Source of the DNA: Balanoglossus misakiensis
Taxonomy: Eukaryota > Animalia > Hemichordata
Assembly (NCBI GenBank): GCA_040954595.2
Contig: CM082581.2
Coordinates: 2,286,699-2,350,698, forward strand
Direction: 5' to 3'
Length of the DNA: 64,000 nucleotides
A program made the translations under genes and the position numbers. Below are positions 12,101 through 22,759 of the stretch, in pieces (position 1 is the first letter of the stretch; each line of letters starts with the position of its first letter). The notes under the pieces are model-generated. The model saw only the letters and a list, made by a program, of their open reading frames with translations, did no database searches and was not told the origin of the DNA.

Positions 12101-13413
12101 ACAAATCTGATACTTGCAATGTGAGTCAACTGCTTGATCTTTTGATGAGGAAACTCTAGGAATTTCATCACAATGAGCTTCAGTCACTATTGTAATAATG
12201 GTTTTGATTACGATGGTGTGTTATTTCAGTAATAGACTGATATAGATTTGATTCTGAAAGATCATAATAATAGTATTTTCTAAGGTTGAGTGACAATTCT
12301 CTATGACCAAAACACATGTACAGTAAAACCCGTCTAATCCAAAGGGACAGAAGAAATTGTTCAGTTTACAGACGTTTCTGGTTTGTAAAGGTTCTTTTAA
12401 CACGTGGTTCTATGTCAAGGGGACAGGAAAATGTGTTCATTATAGACAGTTTTCCAGATACGGCATGTTCCATTTCGACAGGTATTACTGTATGTGGTTG
12501 AACCACATTGAACCAAACTGTAGACTGATACCATGTTCACACTAGGTAAAACTGGAACTGTTGATGAAAAAGTCTGCACTGAATTGAGATTATTTATATT
12601 TGTGGGCTAGTGTAGGTCTGTTTTTGCACAATCTAAATGTGGTGTTGTGATATCATTTTGGGAGTGTGTGGTATTTTGGAAGTTCATAGATATCTAGTTG
12701 ATTCAGTGTTACTGTTGTGTGAAAAGCCAGTCACTCATAACCATTGAAATGTTTCTGAAACGTCTCTGCTCAAATGCCGGCATAAAATATTACATGTGAA
12801 CAGTTGAAGTGGTCCTGGAACATTTCAGGGGTTCAGCTAGTGCTACTACAGTAACAGCATCAGGGGTGCTATAGAAAGCGGCGTGGCAAACTGCAATGAT
12901 GTATTTGCAAACAGAATAGTGCGATGGACCTTGAAAAACACCCCAGTTGAGAATTAGTTCTTGCCACAGAGAATTTGAAACACCATAGTTGACCCCTAAA
13001 AATACTGCTTGCAGCAGACCTCTCCGTGTCTGTAAGTTTATCTTTGTGGAAGAATTGACATTAGGAATATCTTGTTTGCACCAAGAATCCATTTTATTTC
13101 AACAAAATTCGTTATTTTAAAAATATATTTCTATTAAAAGTTGTTACTTACCAAAAACCCAGGCTGTCTATCGTTATTTTGTTGCACGTAATTGAAATAC
13201 AGTTTCACACAATTTTTTTAAGTTCCTGCATGCACCGCATGTGAAAAATTAAATATCAAACGCTAGCCCTGAGCGATGACTCTGTATAAAACATTGGTCA
13301 ATACGAACACTTACCTGTCCTGGGTATTTACCCCTTGCATTGACATCATATCCATCAGCTATCAGCGACTGAATCTTTGCAACATCACCCTTCACTGCGG
13401 CATTGATTAGATT
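60..13413 (-). CDS. Multi-exon ankyrin-repeat protein gene (partial; 16 single-repeat exons; 3' end beyond left edge, start exon not identified)
   Basis: Exons at 13315-13413, 11962-12060, 11051-11149, 10780-10881, 7871-7972, 2578-2679, 2305-2406, 2055-2156, 1801-1902, 1554-1652, 1317-1415, 1047-1145, 797-898, 560-658, 310-411, 60-161. Each is 99 or 102 nt, phase 0, bounded by ...cag| and |gta, and stop-free. Most encode GxTPLHxA...LLLEHKADVxxxNK. Confidence 0.9.
310..411 (-). CDS. Ankyrin exon DGDTPLHYAARRVGGECLVRLLLEHKADANIQNK
   Basis: 102 nt, canonical splice sites. Confidence 0.82.
560..658 (-). CDS. Ankyrin exon DGDTPLHYAVRDGDEGHVRLLLEHKPDVTIQNK
   Basis: 99 nt, canonical splice sites. 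Confidence 0.82.
797..898 (-). CDS. Ankyrin exon DGDTPSHDAARRDGGEGLVRLLLEHKADANIQNK
   Basis: 102 nt, canonical splice sites. Confidence 0.8.
1047..1145 (-). CDS. Ankyrin exon DGDTPLHYAVRDGDEGHVRLLLEHKADVTIQNK
   Basis: 99 nt, canonical splice sites. Confidence 0.82.
1317..1415 (-). CDS. Ankyrin exon DGDTPLHYAVRDGDEGHVRLLLEHKADVTIQNK
   Basis: 99 nt, same peptide as the 1047-1145 exon. Confidence 0.82.
1554..1652 (-). CDS. Ankyrin exon DGDTLLHYAARFRDEGRVRLLLEHKADANIQNK
   Basis: 99 nt, canonical splice sites. Confidence 0.8.
1801..1902 (-). CDS. Ankyrin exon DGDTPLHDAARRDGGEGLVRLLLEHKADVTIQNE
   Basis: 102 nt, canonical splice sites. Confidence 0.82.
2055..2156 (-). CDS. Ankyrin exon DGDTHLHDAARRDDGEALVRLLLEHKADANIRNK
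   Basis: 102 nt, canonical splice sites. Confidence 0.8.
2305..2406 (-). CDS. Ankyrin exon TGDTPLHYAARRDGGEGLVRLLLEHKADVTIQNK
   Basis: 102 nt, canonical splice sites. Confidence 0.82.
2578..2679 (-). CDS. Ankyrin exon TGDTPLHYAARRDGGEGLVRLLLEHKADVTIQNE
   Basis: 102 nt; the LINE is inserted ~34 nt upstream of its acceptor. Confidence 0.8.
2857..4038 (+). CDS. LINE ORF1: N-terminal leader, 2A-like peptide, coiled coil, L1-ORF1p-like RRM/CTD
   Basis: LLLTLSGDIELNPGP; heptad-rich region; RDNLLFHNIEQ...HRL...PIVAKF...VSEDF...AFLNYDKLKIDG. The start codon is uncertain: the first in-frame ATG is at 3058, and ATC at 2845 may be a mutated ATG. Confidence 0.88.
   Translation: MQLWRGRIGGFSQPNSWKCVESHSGDVSQRTRYSRWPPVLDYLCRTTATVFIIELTLLVGSLLSKIEMDNLASFSTNEDINSFMEYEHVMVFEQRMVTNAVATAGLQRNTVFVPLLLTLSGDIELNPGPPKAVKQVKLTECTGTQRELRSNSTPTVSEPEAPKETSLADVIREIRELKVDLKTQIDTSVHDVHDRVDELKDEVNRLRSELRENYQETARLAEENKYLKDNISTVLRELDDVKGRMKRDNLLFHNIEQSPNETWDDTENKVKTFLSEKLDLDGRSFEFDGVHRLSNAKGHPQPIVAKFTRFKQREQVLQKARGSLKNTNFRVSEDFTPRVRETRRKLGQFLQKAREEGKRAFLNYDKLKIDGTLYIFDDSLNDIRPFNRNRRDR
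4039..7581 (+). CDS. LINE ORF2: AP endonuclease + reverse transcriptase + C-terminal Cys/His motif (open from 4039; first ATG 4183)
   Basis: APE motifs CWNINGL, LTETW, GDFNAR, IDY, SDHQP. RT motifs NYRGITLL, QAGFR, FIDFEKAFD, GVQQGSVLSP, FADD, YLG. C-terminal CQFC-x7-EFHICLICP. No internal stops. Confidence 0.95.
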   Translation, partial: GSGRSRNTRYDADTSNTSLYSEHGKDTDTQFICWNINGLKSKFLDADFMSFLTKSDFGVICLTETWACTSDQFSIPNYTSINLARKKIMHLGRFSGGISVFVKNSICKSFQQLPSLSEDFLWVKLFLKDNFQINSLLMCVVYFSPEGSSQYANPEMFQLLENELAKYSTIHEGSPVILCGDFNARTGCVSDTIEWDSRCLPVDDSDVDPPLPIRESKDSSVNDYGKRLLDFCHSTNFKIVNGRFFKNHGSGKYTFLSKSGGSVIDYLLLSCHDLHLLTDMYIDSRVESDHQPLIFKLDLSHQERTSLTSDYNNVNNSSIFTCKWDNKLLNVVNNFWNSASSNSHVSEINGLLSLGEIDNAALCLRDTIWNSLSCMKTGGMGRRVKKTNNWWDDECREFKAKVKNVLRNHKYSPTPISFGVYKSIQRDYHNLLKEKKRNYDILKQRNFAEAAKDPNSKRFWSMLRPYTPGPPDSITAKEWVDYFSVLFNTPGNLHDDFQDFYVEVDEFVNNSFSFHDPVYTDVGTDVDTSVLDSEISLEEIDCAINNLKLGKAAGVDGIPADFFKYSCQEFRLILYNFFNSVLNSGIFPEEWVKGMIIPLFKKGVHDSVCNYRGITLLPIIGKIFCNVMFKRLNDFVELNSPITEAQAGFRKNRSTIDNIFILDTTIWKYLSKHKSRFYGAFIDFEKAFDRIDHNALFYKLLKREMKSKMLIVLKSMYKSVKSCVRTPHGITNFFQCTYGVQQGSVLSPLLFNLFIDDLGETLKIGMFNGVYVGILKLLYLCFADDLTIVSNSVIGLQRQLNKLCIYCNRWKLKVNGSKTKIVVFRSGGRLKNYERWTLNGVQVQTVPYFNYLGLTLSCSGIWTKAQEIYAKQGKKAMYNIKRYLSQFKNIDIELALRIFDCKILPILMYGSEVWGFHEGKDVEKIQIDFCKYILMVSSRSTNLAVLGELGRQSLKTLRLPRIIKYWVKLIHSENYRYTKQCYDYQREMADKGYNCWAKKVKDLLFSFGFGIAWESQAVGNECLFLSNFKQRCLDIGQQVWHSELVNSTKMDSYRLFKNNLSFEKYLNCVNIELFRVTLCKFRISNHKLLIESGRFEGLTRDNRICQFCTLQQVETEFHICLICPIYKELRTRFLSPFHYQQPSLKKYSSLLNSQNPHTLVNLAKFIYYSFKLRDNLLQDT
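7871..7972 (-). CDS. Ankyrin exon NGDTPLHYAVRGCRGEGLVRLLLEHKADVTIPNK
   Basis: 102 nt, tttcag|...|gtaaat. Confidence 0.82.
9928..10045 (+). mobile_element. Fragment of TTAA-AGGGACAAAGTC MITE family
   Basis: Similar to 44533-44770 and, in reverse complement, to 34390-34668. Confidence 0.6.
10780..10881 (-). CDS. Ankyrin exon CGDTPLHSAARRDVGEGRVRLLLEHKADVTIQNK
   Basis: 102 nt, canonical splice sites. Confidence 0.82.
11051..11149 (-). CDS. Ankyrin exon DGVTPLNDAAGFGGEGCVRLLLEHKADVTIQTQ
   Basis: 99 nt, canonical splice sites. Confidence 0.78.
11962..12060 (-). CDS. Divergent ankyrin exon NDSTALHAASFKGKLDAVRMLISHGADVNAKDE
   Basis: 99 nt, ttccag|...|gtacga; classic ANK consensus; not in the ORF track. 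Confidence 0.88.
12321..12490. mobile_element. Tc1/mariner-pogo-type MITE
   Basis: TA|CAGTAAAACC...GGTATTACTG|TA; second copy at 19868-20018. Confidence 0.8.
13315..13413 (-). CDS. N-terminal-type ankyrin exon NLINAAVKGDVAKIQSLIADGYDVNARGKYPGQ
   Basis: 99 nt, ttacag|...|gtaagt; capping-repeat-like. Confidence 0.85.
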
Positions 13414-13764
13414 CTGTAACATTCAACAATCAACATTTCTTTCATCAAAATATTCTCAAAATGCAATCATAAACAGCAGTAATATAAAAGGAAAACATTG
13501 AAATCTTCATTAATGAAAAATTATGAAGCCAAAACATGATCATGTACGCCAATTTGAATACAAAATGATGACATCATGTTGTGAGAAAACAAAGACAACA
13601 CAATCACTCTTCTCCAAGACAAAGCAGCAAGATCTCCAAAGGGCAACAGGAAAACAGAAATACAAAACCGGTGCTGGCACTCTCAGGGAAAATAGACATT
13701 GCCTGTCCATAACATTTCCAGGAATTTTCAACAACAAAAAGACAATTTGGATTCACCTCCTATT

Positions 13765-13943
13765 GATGTGTTGGTACCCCCTGGAAATTTAATTGTCAAA
13801 GGGGCACCTGAGTGCCCTTTAAAATGATGTTACTCACATGTTGAAGATATAACATTCCCCCTTGCCAGAGTGGAATCACCCTCAAATATTCTGGCGAAGG
13901 GGGACATATACCCCCTGCTGATACCATCCTGATTAAAACACTG
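13765..13943 (-). mobile_element. Partial copy of CAGTGTTT-ended MITE
   Basis: Reverse-complement similarity to 58310-58530. Confidence 0.6.
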
Positions 13944-16569
13944 TCTGAATATATATATATATATATGGAAGAAAATGAGACAAAAGCCCCCTTAGCTCCT
14001 AATTTACAAAAACTGGGACAGTTAATGCCATAATACAAATATAAAGCAATAACAATGTTTCTAATATAAAGAACTATGGTTTAGACACCCATCTGTATTT
14101 CAAATCTCATTTGAACATTGTCATGTTATAAGATGTACCATTTTTTATCATTTTCAAAGACAGTGATGATACCGAAAAGCGTCCCCTTCTCTGTGATAGT
14201 TTTGGGAACATGCATGGATAGCTATTGACCCTGAGTGTATCACCACCAGGGGAGGGTAGAAATTCACAATCTTTCGACATTCATATATTTTCCTTTTGTC
14301 ATTCTGTATACACTTTCCTTCTGTAGTTTTTCTCTAGCAATTTATGTTTTAAGTATGTGAGAAATAACACAATAGCTTAATTACAGACACAATAATTGGT
14401 GTTCAAGAATGTGGTCGAAAAACAATTTGTTTCACTAACAACAATGACATGAATAATTTTATATCATTGCTACAAAAATGCTGGGAGTTGTGATCGTGCC
14501 TGGGGAGTGATGACTGCTGACAGTCTAAAGCTTGAGTACCTGGGAAGGGTGCTAATTGCTCTGACTGACTCGATAACTCTACAATTAATGTGGATTAATT
14601 AAATGTTGACAGAATGAAGAGTGCAGATATGAAGTCAAGTTTGGCCCACAAAACTTCAGTTATGTGTTCCACTATTTATGAAAAAGCAAATTAATTTAAT
14701 AACTTCACATTGCAATAGTAAACCAAGTAGTCATTACCATCACATGAATGTCGCCAAAAACCAACATGAGAACGTGGAATGAGAATTGTGTAATATTAAT
14801 TGCAGCTTCCGCAATATATTTTGTTTGACCCATTATATTTACATTTTGTGCAGGGATTGTTTTGCCATTTATGGCTGTGTACAATCGAATCTGCAAAACT
14901 GATAACAGTTTCATAAATACTCTGTGTGCCATCATGATTCTGACAAATAGATGCTTATTTTTCTTTGTAGTGCAGCTTGTATTTATTTATTGACTTTTAT
15001 ACAGATACAGTCTTCAAAATCAAATGATTAGCTAGACGACGCAATCCCAACAAAACTAACTTGCCAGTTGAACTCAAGACTGCAACATCGTGATATGGTG
15101 TAATTTGTGAATGAATTTCAAGGCAATGTTAATGACACAACAATGCAATGGCTTCCCAGGAAGATAAAGACCCACAGGTAAGTTACTTTTGAACTGAATT
15201 TACGCTGTCCGTCTCATCATGACCACCCATAATCTATCAACAGGTGTTTCAGAATAAATATCCGTCTGCTGAGATTTTTCTTGGTTCAAGTGGACTGAAA
15301 CATTTGAACGACAAAATTTACAAATTACCACCCGGACAGAACGTGTCGCAGCAAAATTAAAGTTGTGAAAACTTGACAAATTGTCGATGAAATTCAACAC
15401 TGCAGACAGCAACTTGTAGACACGGCAATATATGTGTGCTCACATTTGCATGTTAGCTCCAATTGCAAGTCAGCTCAAACCAGCTCTGTGCTATGCGCGT
15501 TTTGTACGCCTAAAATATTAGTCCATGAATCTGACTTGTTCTACAAGACATCAAATGACTGTCCAAACATCTGTGGAAAGGTGAATCAGTCAGTCAGTCT
15601 ATCCGTCAGTTGTGAGTGGGGTGTCTGTGTTGGATCGAGAGACTGTGAGTGGGCCACACAACTTTTAACAATGACATCATGGAAACTGTTTGTTGTTTGT
15701 GCTGGACGTACAAAGTTTTTACTAGTAATAAATTGCTCGTCATATTTTATTATTACAATCCAAAGTTTTCAATCTATGTCTGTATTACTGTATAGTCAAT
15801 CATTCTCGAGTCTGATTAGCATCTCTTCAGTGGCTCACTCCACATAGATACCAATTACCATATCAACAGACAATGACCTTTCTGACCTGTGCGAGTTCAT
15901 TCAAGGCGACACAATTGTCGATTGTAAGCGAACAGTGTTTCAGCCGCACTCAGTTTAATGTCATGCTAACCTATGATCACTTGGCTATCAGGTTTTATTG
16001 GGCCAGTGGCATGCTTGATCTAGATGTTATTTTTGGAAGCAAAGTTGACGGCTAGATACTAGACTAGGATAGTGCATGATCACATACACGCCAAGATGAA
16101 TCATTATAAACACAGAAATCATAGTGTCCTTCATAGTTGCATAGGTGTATGCAGGGACAGTTAAATTCTCTTCATCTTAATTTCATTCAAAAGCCTTGAA
16201 TGCTAAATGTTCATGTTGGGATCGGTACGTAACAGCTTGAAAATGTAATTCGCCCATGCAGTCAAATCTAGATAACAAGAAACAATGTTCTCTTTGTGTA
16301 GCCCTTATTAGAAAGGACAGGTATGGTCCCCTTTGGCCATAATGCCCTGACCATATCATCGATCGCCTCATGGTATCACACAAACAAACACACAAAATGT
16401 TGAGTGGTTTACGAGGGTACTCGTTTTAAGCTATTTTCTTCATGATGTTTAGAGATGGCAAAACGTTGACAATAGCAAAGATGCTGAAAGCCAGTTACCA
16501 AACATTCTTTGAGAAATTGTGTTAAAGATGAATGATCAGTAAAATTGAACGTGTTGTTATTTCTCTTAA

Positions 16570-17342
16570 GATGGGTCCCTGGGATCTTTTTGCCCGTTGC
16601 TATGGGCCTTTATAGGACATTACACCCCGATTTGGACTAAGCCGTTTTCAGAGTCTAACAAGGGGCTGGTAACTAGTTGAAAATCTGCACGATTGTGAGC
16701 GCGCGCCCCCTGACGCCATTGATATGCAAATTAGCTAGGTCAAATTTCAAAAGCCTAAGGCTTTTTATTCCGTGACCTCAAAAACGAACTTGATACGTAT
16801 TCATTAGTTGCTTGAACCAGGGAAGATCGTGACGGATTTTGTTTTCGAATATTATCGTTGTATCCTACGATTTCAGCATACCCGTACCACACCTGAAAAA
16901 GTCATCGATTTTGGGTGTTTTTGGACGCACTCTTCCACTGGTATCGCTTCTTAACACGACGAAAACCGAAAAAACGATCCGTCACACTATGCGGAAGTGC
17001 GTTCTCAACAAGCAGGTCAAATTTGGCTGGCCTACGTCGCCTGTGAAAAAAGCCTTAGGGATTTTTGTGAACGGTACAAAATCTCTGTGTACAAAACATT
17101 GGATTTTTAGCGTTCGATACAGTTACTATCGCTGACCGCTGCTTTGCCGTATTAGCGTGGCGGCCTATGGCCGGGCGGTAGCTGCCGTAAACATACTCAG
17201 ACAGGGGGTGTGCACACAATCGTGCGTATTTTTAACTAGTTACAAGCCCCTTGTCGGACGTTCATAATGGTTTCGATCAAAATTGAGTGTAGTGTCCTAT
17301 AAAGGCCCATAGCAACGAGCAAAAAGATCCCAGGGACCCATC
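16570..17342. mobile_element. Non-autonomous TIR element with TTAA TSD (Kolobok-like termini)
   Basis: TTAA|GATGGGTCCCTGGGATCTTTTTGC...GCAAAAAGATCCCAGGGACCCATC|TTAA. The TIR is near-perfect for ~55 bp and imperfect to ~115 bp. Confidence 0.9.
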
Positions 17343-17380
17343 TTAATTGTACATTTTTGGTTTCTCCTTAAATTAAATAT

Positions 17381-17725
17381 GGCGTTTACTGTAATTTGAA
17401 TCATGGGAAAAAAAGCGCCAGGACCAACTTCCGCCCACCATGGTGTGGGTGATACCATTCTCCGATTGGTGTCACTGGGCGACAGACTAGGCGTATTTTC
17501 ATAGCTATTGTTTGTTCTTTGCATCAGTTGATAAACAATCATCAGCAAAGTCGAAAATTTGTCATCTATTGACAGTTTTCATGAGCTATAACCCATGAAA
17601 AATATGCAAATACGCTTAGCTTGTGATGCAGTGATACCAATCGGAAAATGGTATCACCCACACCAAGGTGGGCGGAAGTTGGTCCTGGCGCTTTTTTTCC
17701 CATGATTCAAATTACAGTAAACGCC
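17381..17725. mobile_element. Palindromic MITE with ~100-bp TIRs, GG termini, flanked by AT
   Basis: AT|GGCGTTTACTGTAATTTGAATCATGGG...CCCATGATTCAAATTACAGTAAACGCC|AT. Confidence 0.9.
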
Positions 17726-19867
17726 ATATTGGAAATTCTGCCAACTTTCCCTAGATTTTGTAAAAAATCGCGCGACCTATACATGGCGAATATGTTTTTT
17801 TCTGAAAGAGTGACATCAAAGCTACCAAATTATGTAGAAATCAGCTACGCCTGATTTCCCCTTTAATAGGATAACATGGTGAAAGCAGGCGATCTGATGT
17901 CAGATGAAGCAAATTTTTCATGGTATTTTGGAGTTACTGAATGAAGCTAGACTTTGAGGATTATTTTTCAGATTTTAGGTTTGCATTTAAAAACAAAACA
18001 CTTTGTTCTTTGTCCATGTAATGTCTTTAATCATTTTATATGTTTTAAATAAAATTACCTTTTAAGTGAAATTTATTATGTGAGCAGTTTTTTGTTGATG
18101 CACGATGGGAGGAAGTGTATCGGCTTGAAATATGCATTTACCGATTTGTTGCTATTGATCTGCTTTGAAATGCAGTTGCATCTCAAAGCAGATTAATAGT
18201 AACAAATTTACAGCAAAGGTGAATAAGAAGGAAAGGTCAAATCCTGACAATGAAGGATGACCCCAGAATTGTGACCTTTGGGGTAATTTAAATATGACCC
18301 CAAAATTATTTTGCAAATATTTGCCAACAATGATGACATAATGTATGGTAATTTCTGGAAGGGTCTGCGTTAAATATATGTAAAAATACCAGGAATGTGA
18401 ACTCAACTATGCAAATGTAAATGTCTGTGATGATGATGTAACGTATGCTAATAACACAGTCATGCAAATAGCAAGGAAGATATGCACTGAGAATGTGTAC
18501 AAATACGTTGGAATGTTTATAGTGTGCACTTGATCTGCATTGGTCTGCGTTGTGCACACCCGTGATCTTCATAGATATACGTGCACGTATACTAACACAT
18601 TGGTATGTTCCATATACGTGAATATACGTCACATATACGTGGTGCAGATTGTAGATGTACAACTGTGCAGACTATTGTATACTTGCGCATATTCCTAATC
18701 TACGTGTCCATATACGTGAAAATACTGAATGTATATCAACCTTTTTGCCCAGTGGGGGGTATTCCAAATGTGCCCTTCCTATGATAGCTGCAAAAATTGT
18801 AGCCTAGATGGGCTGGTTGATCAAACCCGTCAGCGATCAACCAGCCCACCAAAGCTACAATTATTGGACCTATTCTTATGATAGCTGGATCCATAGGGTA
18901 AACTGTACAAAACAAATCATTGTCAGTATAAAATGTGGTAACTTTTGGCTTTTGTTTCTTCTCATTGAATTTCGACATCGCAAAGAAGTTTTATATGTCA
19001 GTCAATACTTATAACATTGAAATATGCATGAAGTTGCACAGTTCATATAAATATTACACCACTGGCTACTAAGCTATATCATGCCACTTTTATGACCCCT
19101 TTTGACCTCCTGATCCTGGAATTTTGTTGGTGTGAGTATACAATTTCGAGTTTACCAACCACGCTATTAAATCAATGCATTTTTTCTCATCCTTGAACAA
19201 AACTGTTAAACATTGCCTGTGTTAGAAAGATTAGCTGTTGTATTTAACATTGAATGATGAATGATGTCAAACCAACAAATCACCAGGATGTAAGGTCACA
19301 CAGGGGTCATGAAAGAGGCCTGTAAGATACTCTTGTTCTCTGCCCACTTTCTAACCCTGCTGTCACTACCAGCAGCAGGAATGGGACAGGGGTCCAGGCT
19401 ATATCTATAGGACTGTTTGCTAACATTAAGTGTGTTTACTTGAGTAAGTTGGGTACTATGATAGGAATTGTCACCATTACTGTAGGGGGAGACATGAGTC
19501 TACCTGGTTGATTTATATTTTACATGTTGTGCTTAGATTAATAGAAATAATTGATGCATGGTTACTTAGGAACACTTCCATAACTAGTCTGCATTTTGCC
19601 TCTGCCAAATAGTAAAGAAAAAAAAATCAGAGAATAGGCAGAGTAGAAACTAAGCTGCACTCCCCTAACAATAAAATGGTTTACCCGTAAGTCTAATGTG
19701 ATGCATCGTGTCATTCAATTTGTGTCAATAAAATGGCAACCACTTCAGTGTTCAGTGCAAACAGTGTGTGACATACCTTTCCACCTGACCAAATCTATTA
19801 GAAACACATTTTTTGAAAAGAATTTGTTTTAAAGGGGCAGCTGCTATGACATTTGGGATATTAACTA

Positions 19868-20018
19868 CAGTAAAACCTGTCTGAACAGAACACTGAAGGC
19901 ACTGAAGAAATTGTAAAGGTTCTTTTAATATGTGATTCTATGTCGAAGGGACTGAAACGGTGTTCAGTATAGACAGGTTTCAAGATTAGACAGGGTTTGG
20001 TTTTGACAGGTTTTACTG
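19868..20018. mobile_element. Tc1/mariner-pogo-type MITE (second copy)
   Basis: TA|CAGTAAAACCTGTC...GACAGGTTTTACTG. Confidence 0.75.
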
Positions 20019-22759
20019 AAGGTTGAAAATTAATTCTATGTGGCCACTGAAGTTTCTTGTGCTACTCCCAACAATATGTTGGAACCCACAATTTATGTAT
20101 AAAATACCTTCCACTAAATATTCAAATGTCACCAAAAACATTTGACTCTAAATAAATAAATAAATATATTCAATAAACACATATTTTGAAGACAAGTTGC
20201 ATATTTGCTTGTAAAAGTAGTAAAATCTGTGATAGCATTACACACCCACAGGCAATGTTGACAAGTGAAGTAAGGGTATATTAGCATGCTGTTTGGAGTT
20301 GTTTTTGTTGTTGTTGTTGTTCCTTTATTCCTCCTCGAAATGAGAAGAGTTACATCAACACATTAAATTACAGAGGTACTACTATACTAAATTATATAAG
20401 ATGGCTTCCGACAAGAAGCATTTCACGGTACTAAATTCAGTTCGCAAGGCATATTTGTACAAGGTCCAGCACATTTTCTTGAAGAGTTGCTTGTTCACCA
20501 GACTCCTGGTAGTCAACCATGTAAATTCTATCTCCTAAAATATTAGCAATGAAGGCAAGATCATTTGAGTTGTAAAGTGTTGTAGAAACAGTAATGCTCA
20601 TTTTGTCGAAAAGACAGTTCCAAAAAGAGTCCCTTGCTGTTGTTGTATGACATTATGACATATTAAGATAGACCAATCTAAGTTGTAAAATAAAATCATG
20701 AAAATAATGCAAAAGTGGCATCTCTTGAGATTTTATGCAAGGGCAATTGACACATGACCCACCACACACGTACTGATAAGAAAGGGAGTATATAAGAACC
20801 ACGTTGGCAAACATTTTAAGGCAAATATTGACCAGCTGTCATAAAACTGTCAGATATTTTATTGCTCTTATAGAGAATGGCCTTCACCTGTATCTGATTA
20901 CATGTTGGAGTCAGTGAGACTCCATGTGTACCAGCCTCCAGTGTGTAATTGTTATCAGCACCGCTCAAGTTAATTCATACTTATTGTATTAAAACTTAAA
21001 TGTTTACTATTGTTCCTATTAGCCAACATCAATTGAATTGTTATTAATATCAGCGTGTTCACACTCACTCATGTACTAAGTAAAGAAGTATAAATGACAT
21101 CCCTGTCCACACAAGACCACTATAAAAGTCATAAGTTTGACCTTCCATTAATTAGGTTTCTGTGACTATTCCCTAGGTATTGTTGTTTTTGATATTCTGA
21201 TGGTTTAGTTTGAAGTTTATTGACATGCTGTCTGTTCAGCTTGATATGTACAGGTACATATCAGAAGCAATTTACTATGAGTCTAAAAGATTAAATACTG
21301 TTTGTTATATTGGCTTTACGGGTATAGACTTTGACAGAAACCACTCAACACACTTAATTTATAGCTCAGAATGTTTGTTTAGTCGCTAGCAAATAAATAA
21401 CACTCCACCACAATCAAGTAACAAACAAGCAAACACTTTTCTACCAGATCGCGTTAAAGTCAGGAATTATCATGAGCTACAGTTTATACAGCTTTTTGGC
21501 AAATATTGTCGCAACCATGGTCCTTTTAGAGCGATAGTTTCTGAATTGCCATAAGAGGCTGTGGTATATTTGCATGTTTTAATTATTAATCAGGCAATTC
21601 AAGCTTCCGGGACACAGTACCATTCAGCACATGCGTCTCATAAATGTATGGACATGTAAATTTTAAGTGTTACTTTGCCATGCCGATTGGCATTATTTTT
21701 TCTACTGCAGATCGCTGCCCTGCGTGAGTGTTGGGTGATTGATGGTGATTCCCTCCGCCGTTTCGGCTTTTCGTGTGAATCACAGTCGAGGAGTTTACGT
21801 GTATTTAATGCATGTTCGCGTGTCCGCTTATTATCCAGAGACTTCAGTGGAGTCGCCTAGGTGTGACTGTCATAAGGATACCGCTCGAACAAGTATACAG
21901 TAAATCATGACATGTTGAGTAGATATTGTATTTCAAGAGATATATTTTAGAAAATTGGGCCAATGTAGCCTCTACAGGCAGAATTGTGTGTATATTGGAG
22001 AGAAAAAAATCATTCAGACTATATTACAGTTCTGTATTCAAACCCATGTCCACGATCCTATACATGCAGTGACAGGACAGGCATACATTTCAGGCTCTGT
22101 CACGTCACTGTGTCTACAGCACTTTATATAGCTATGTCAACCCAGCTGTCACATATATTGTGAATGGCTAACGCCATAACGGCATCATCCCTGTATTCTG
22201 ACTATTCGTAATGGTAATAAAATAGTACTGAAATGACTGGTACGCCATACAGCATTACAATCAACAAAAAGTAAAAAAATAAATAAAAAAGTAAACAAAA
22301 AAAACAGGAAAACATTTTTAAAATACCAATAAAATTATGAAACTACTAGAAGGGGTAACGGCTGAGAAAGCGGGTAGAAAGACTTGCAAATTAGACTTAG
22401 GTGGCGCAGCTTCACCAGCAAACGTCTTCACCCAAGCGCCATTGGAATGCTAATCTCAACAACAGATTTTACCTCATTTCAAGCATCAAAATGAAAAAAA
22501 ATAGCGTCAAGGACACTGTGGTCCCATTTGAGGATTATGCGGAAACAGTGACACACCAGATAAAAATTACAGGTGACATTGCTATCAGATATGATCTCAC
22601 CATATAGAAATATGGAATGTAAAAAAATTAATAAGGAACATGCCCAATAAACTGTCATGTGTCATGGCAGTCTTACAACTGATGCTAGAAAAAAAATTGA
22701 CCAAAAATTGTCTGTACAAACACAAATGAGAAGAAACTTCTTTCAGTCAGCCCTGGAAC

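Noticed and set aside
12790-13092. 100-aa ATG-initiated ORF inside the ankyrin gene
   Set aside because: No recognisable motif and no supporting splice pattern; likely a chance intronic ORF.
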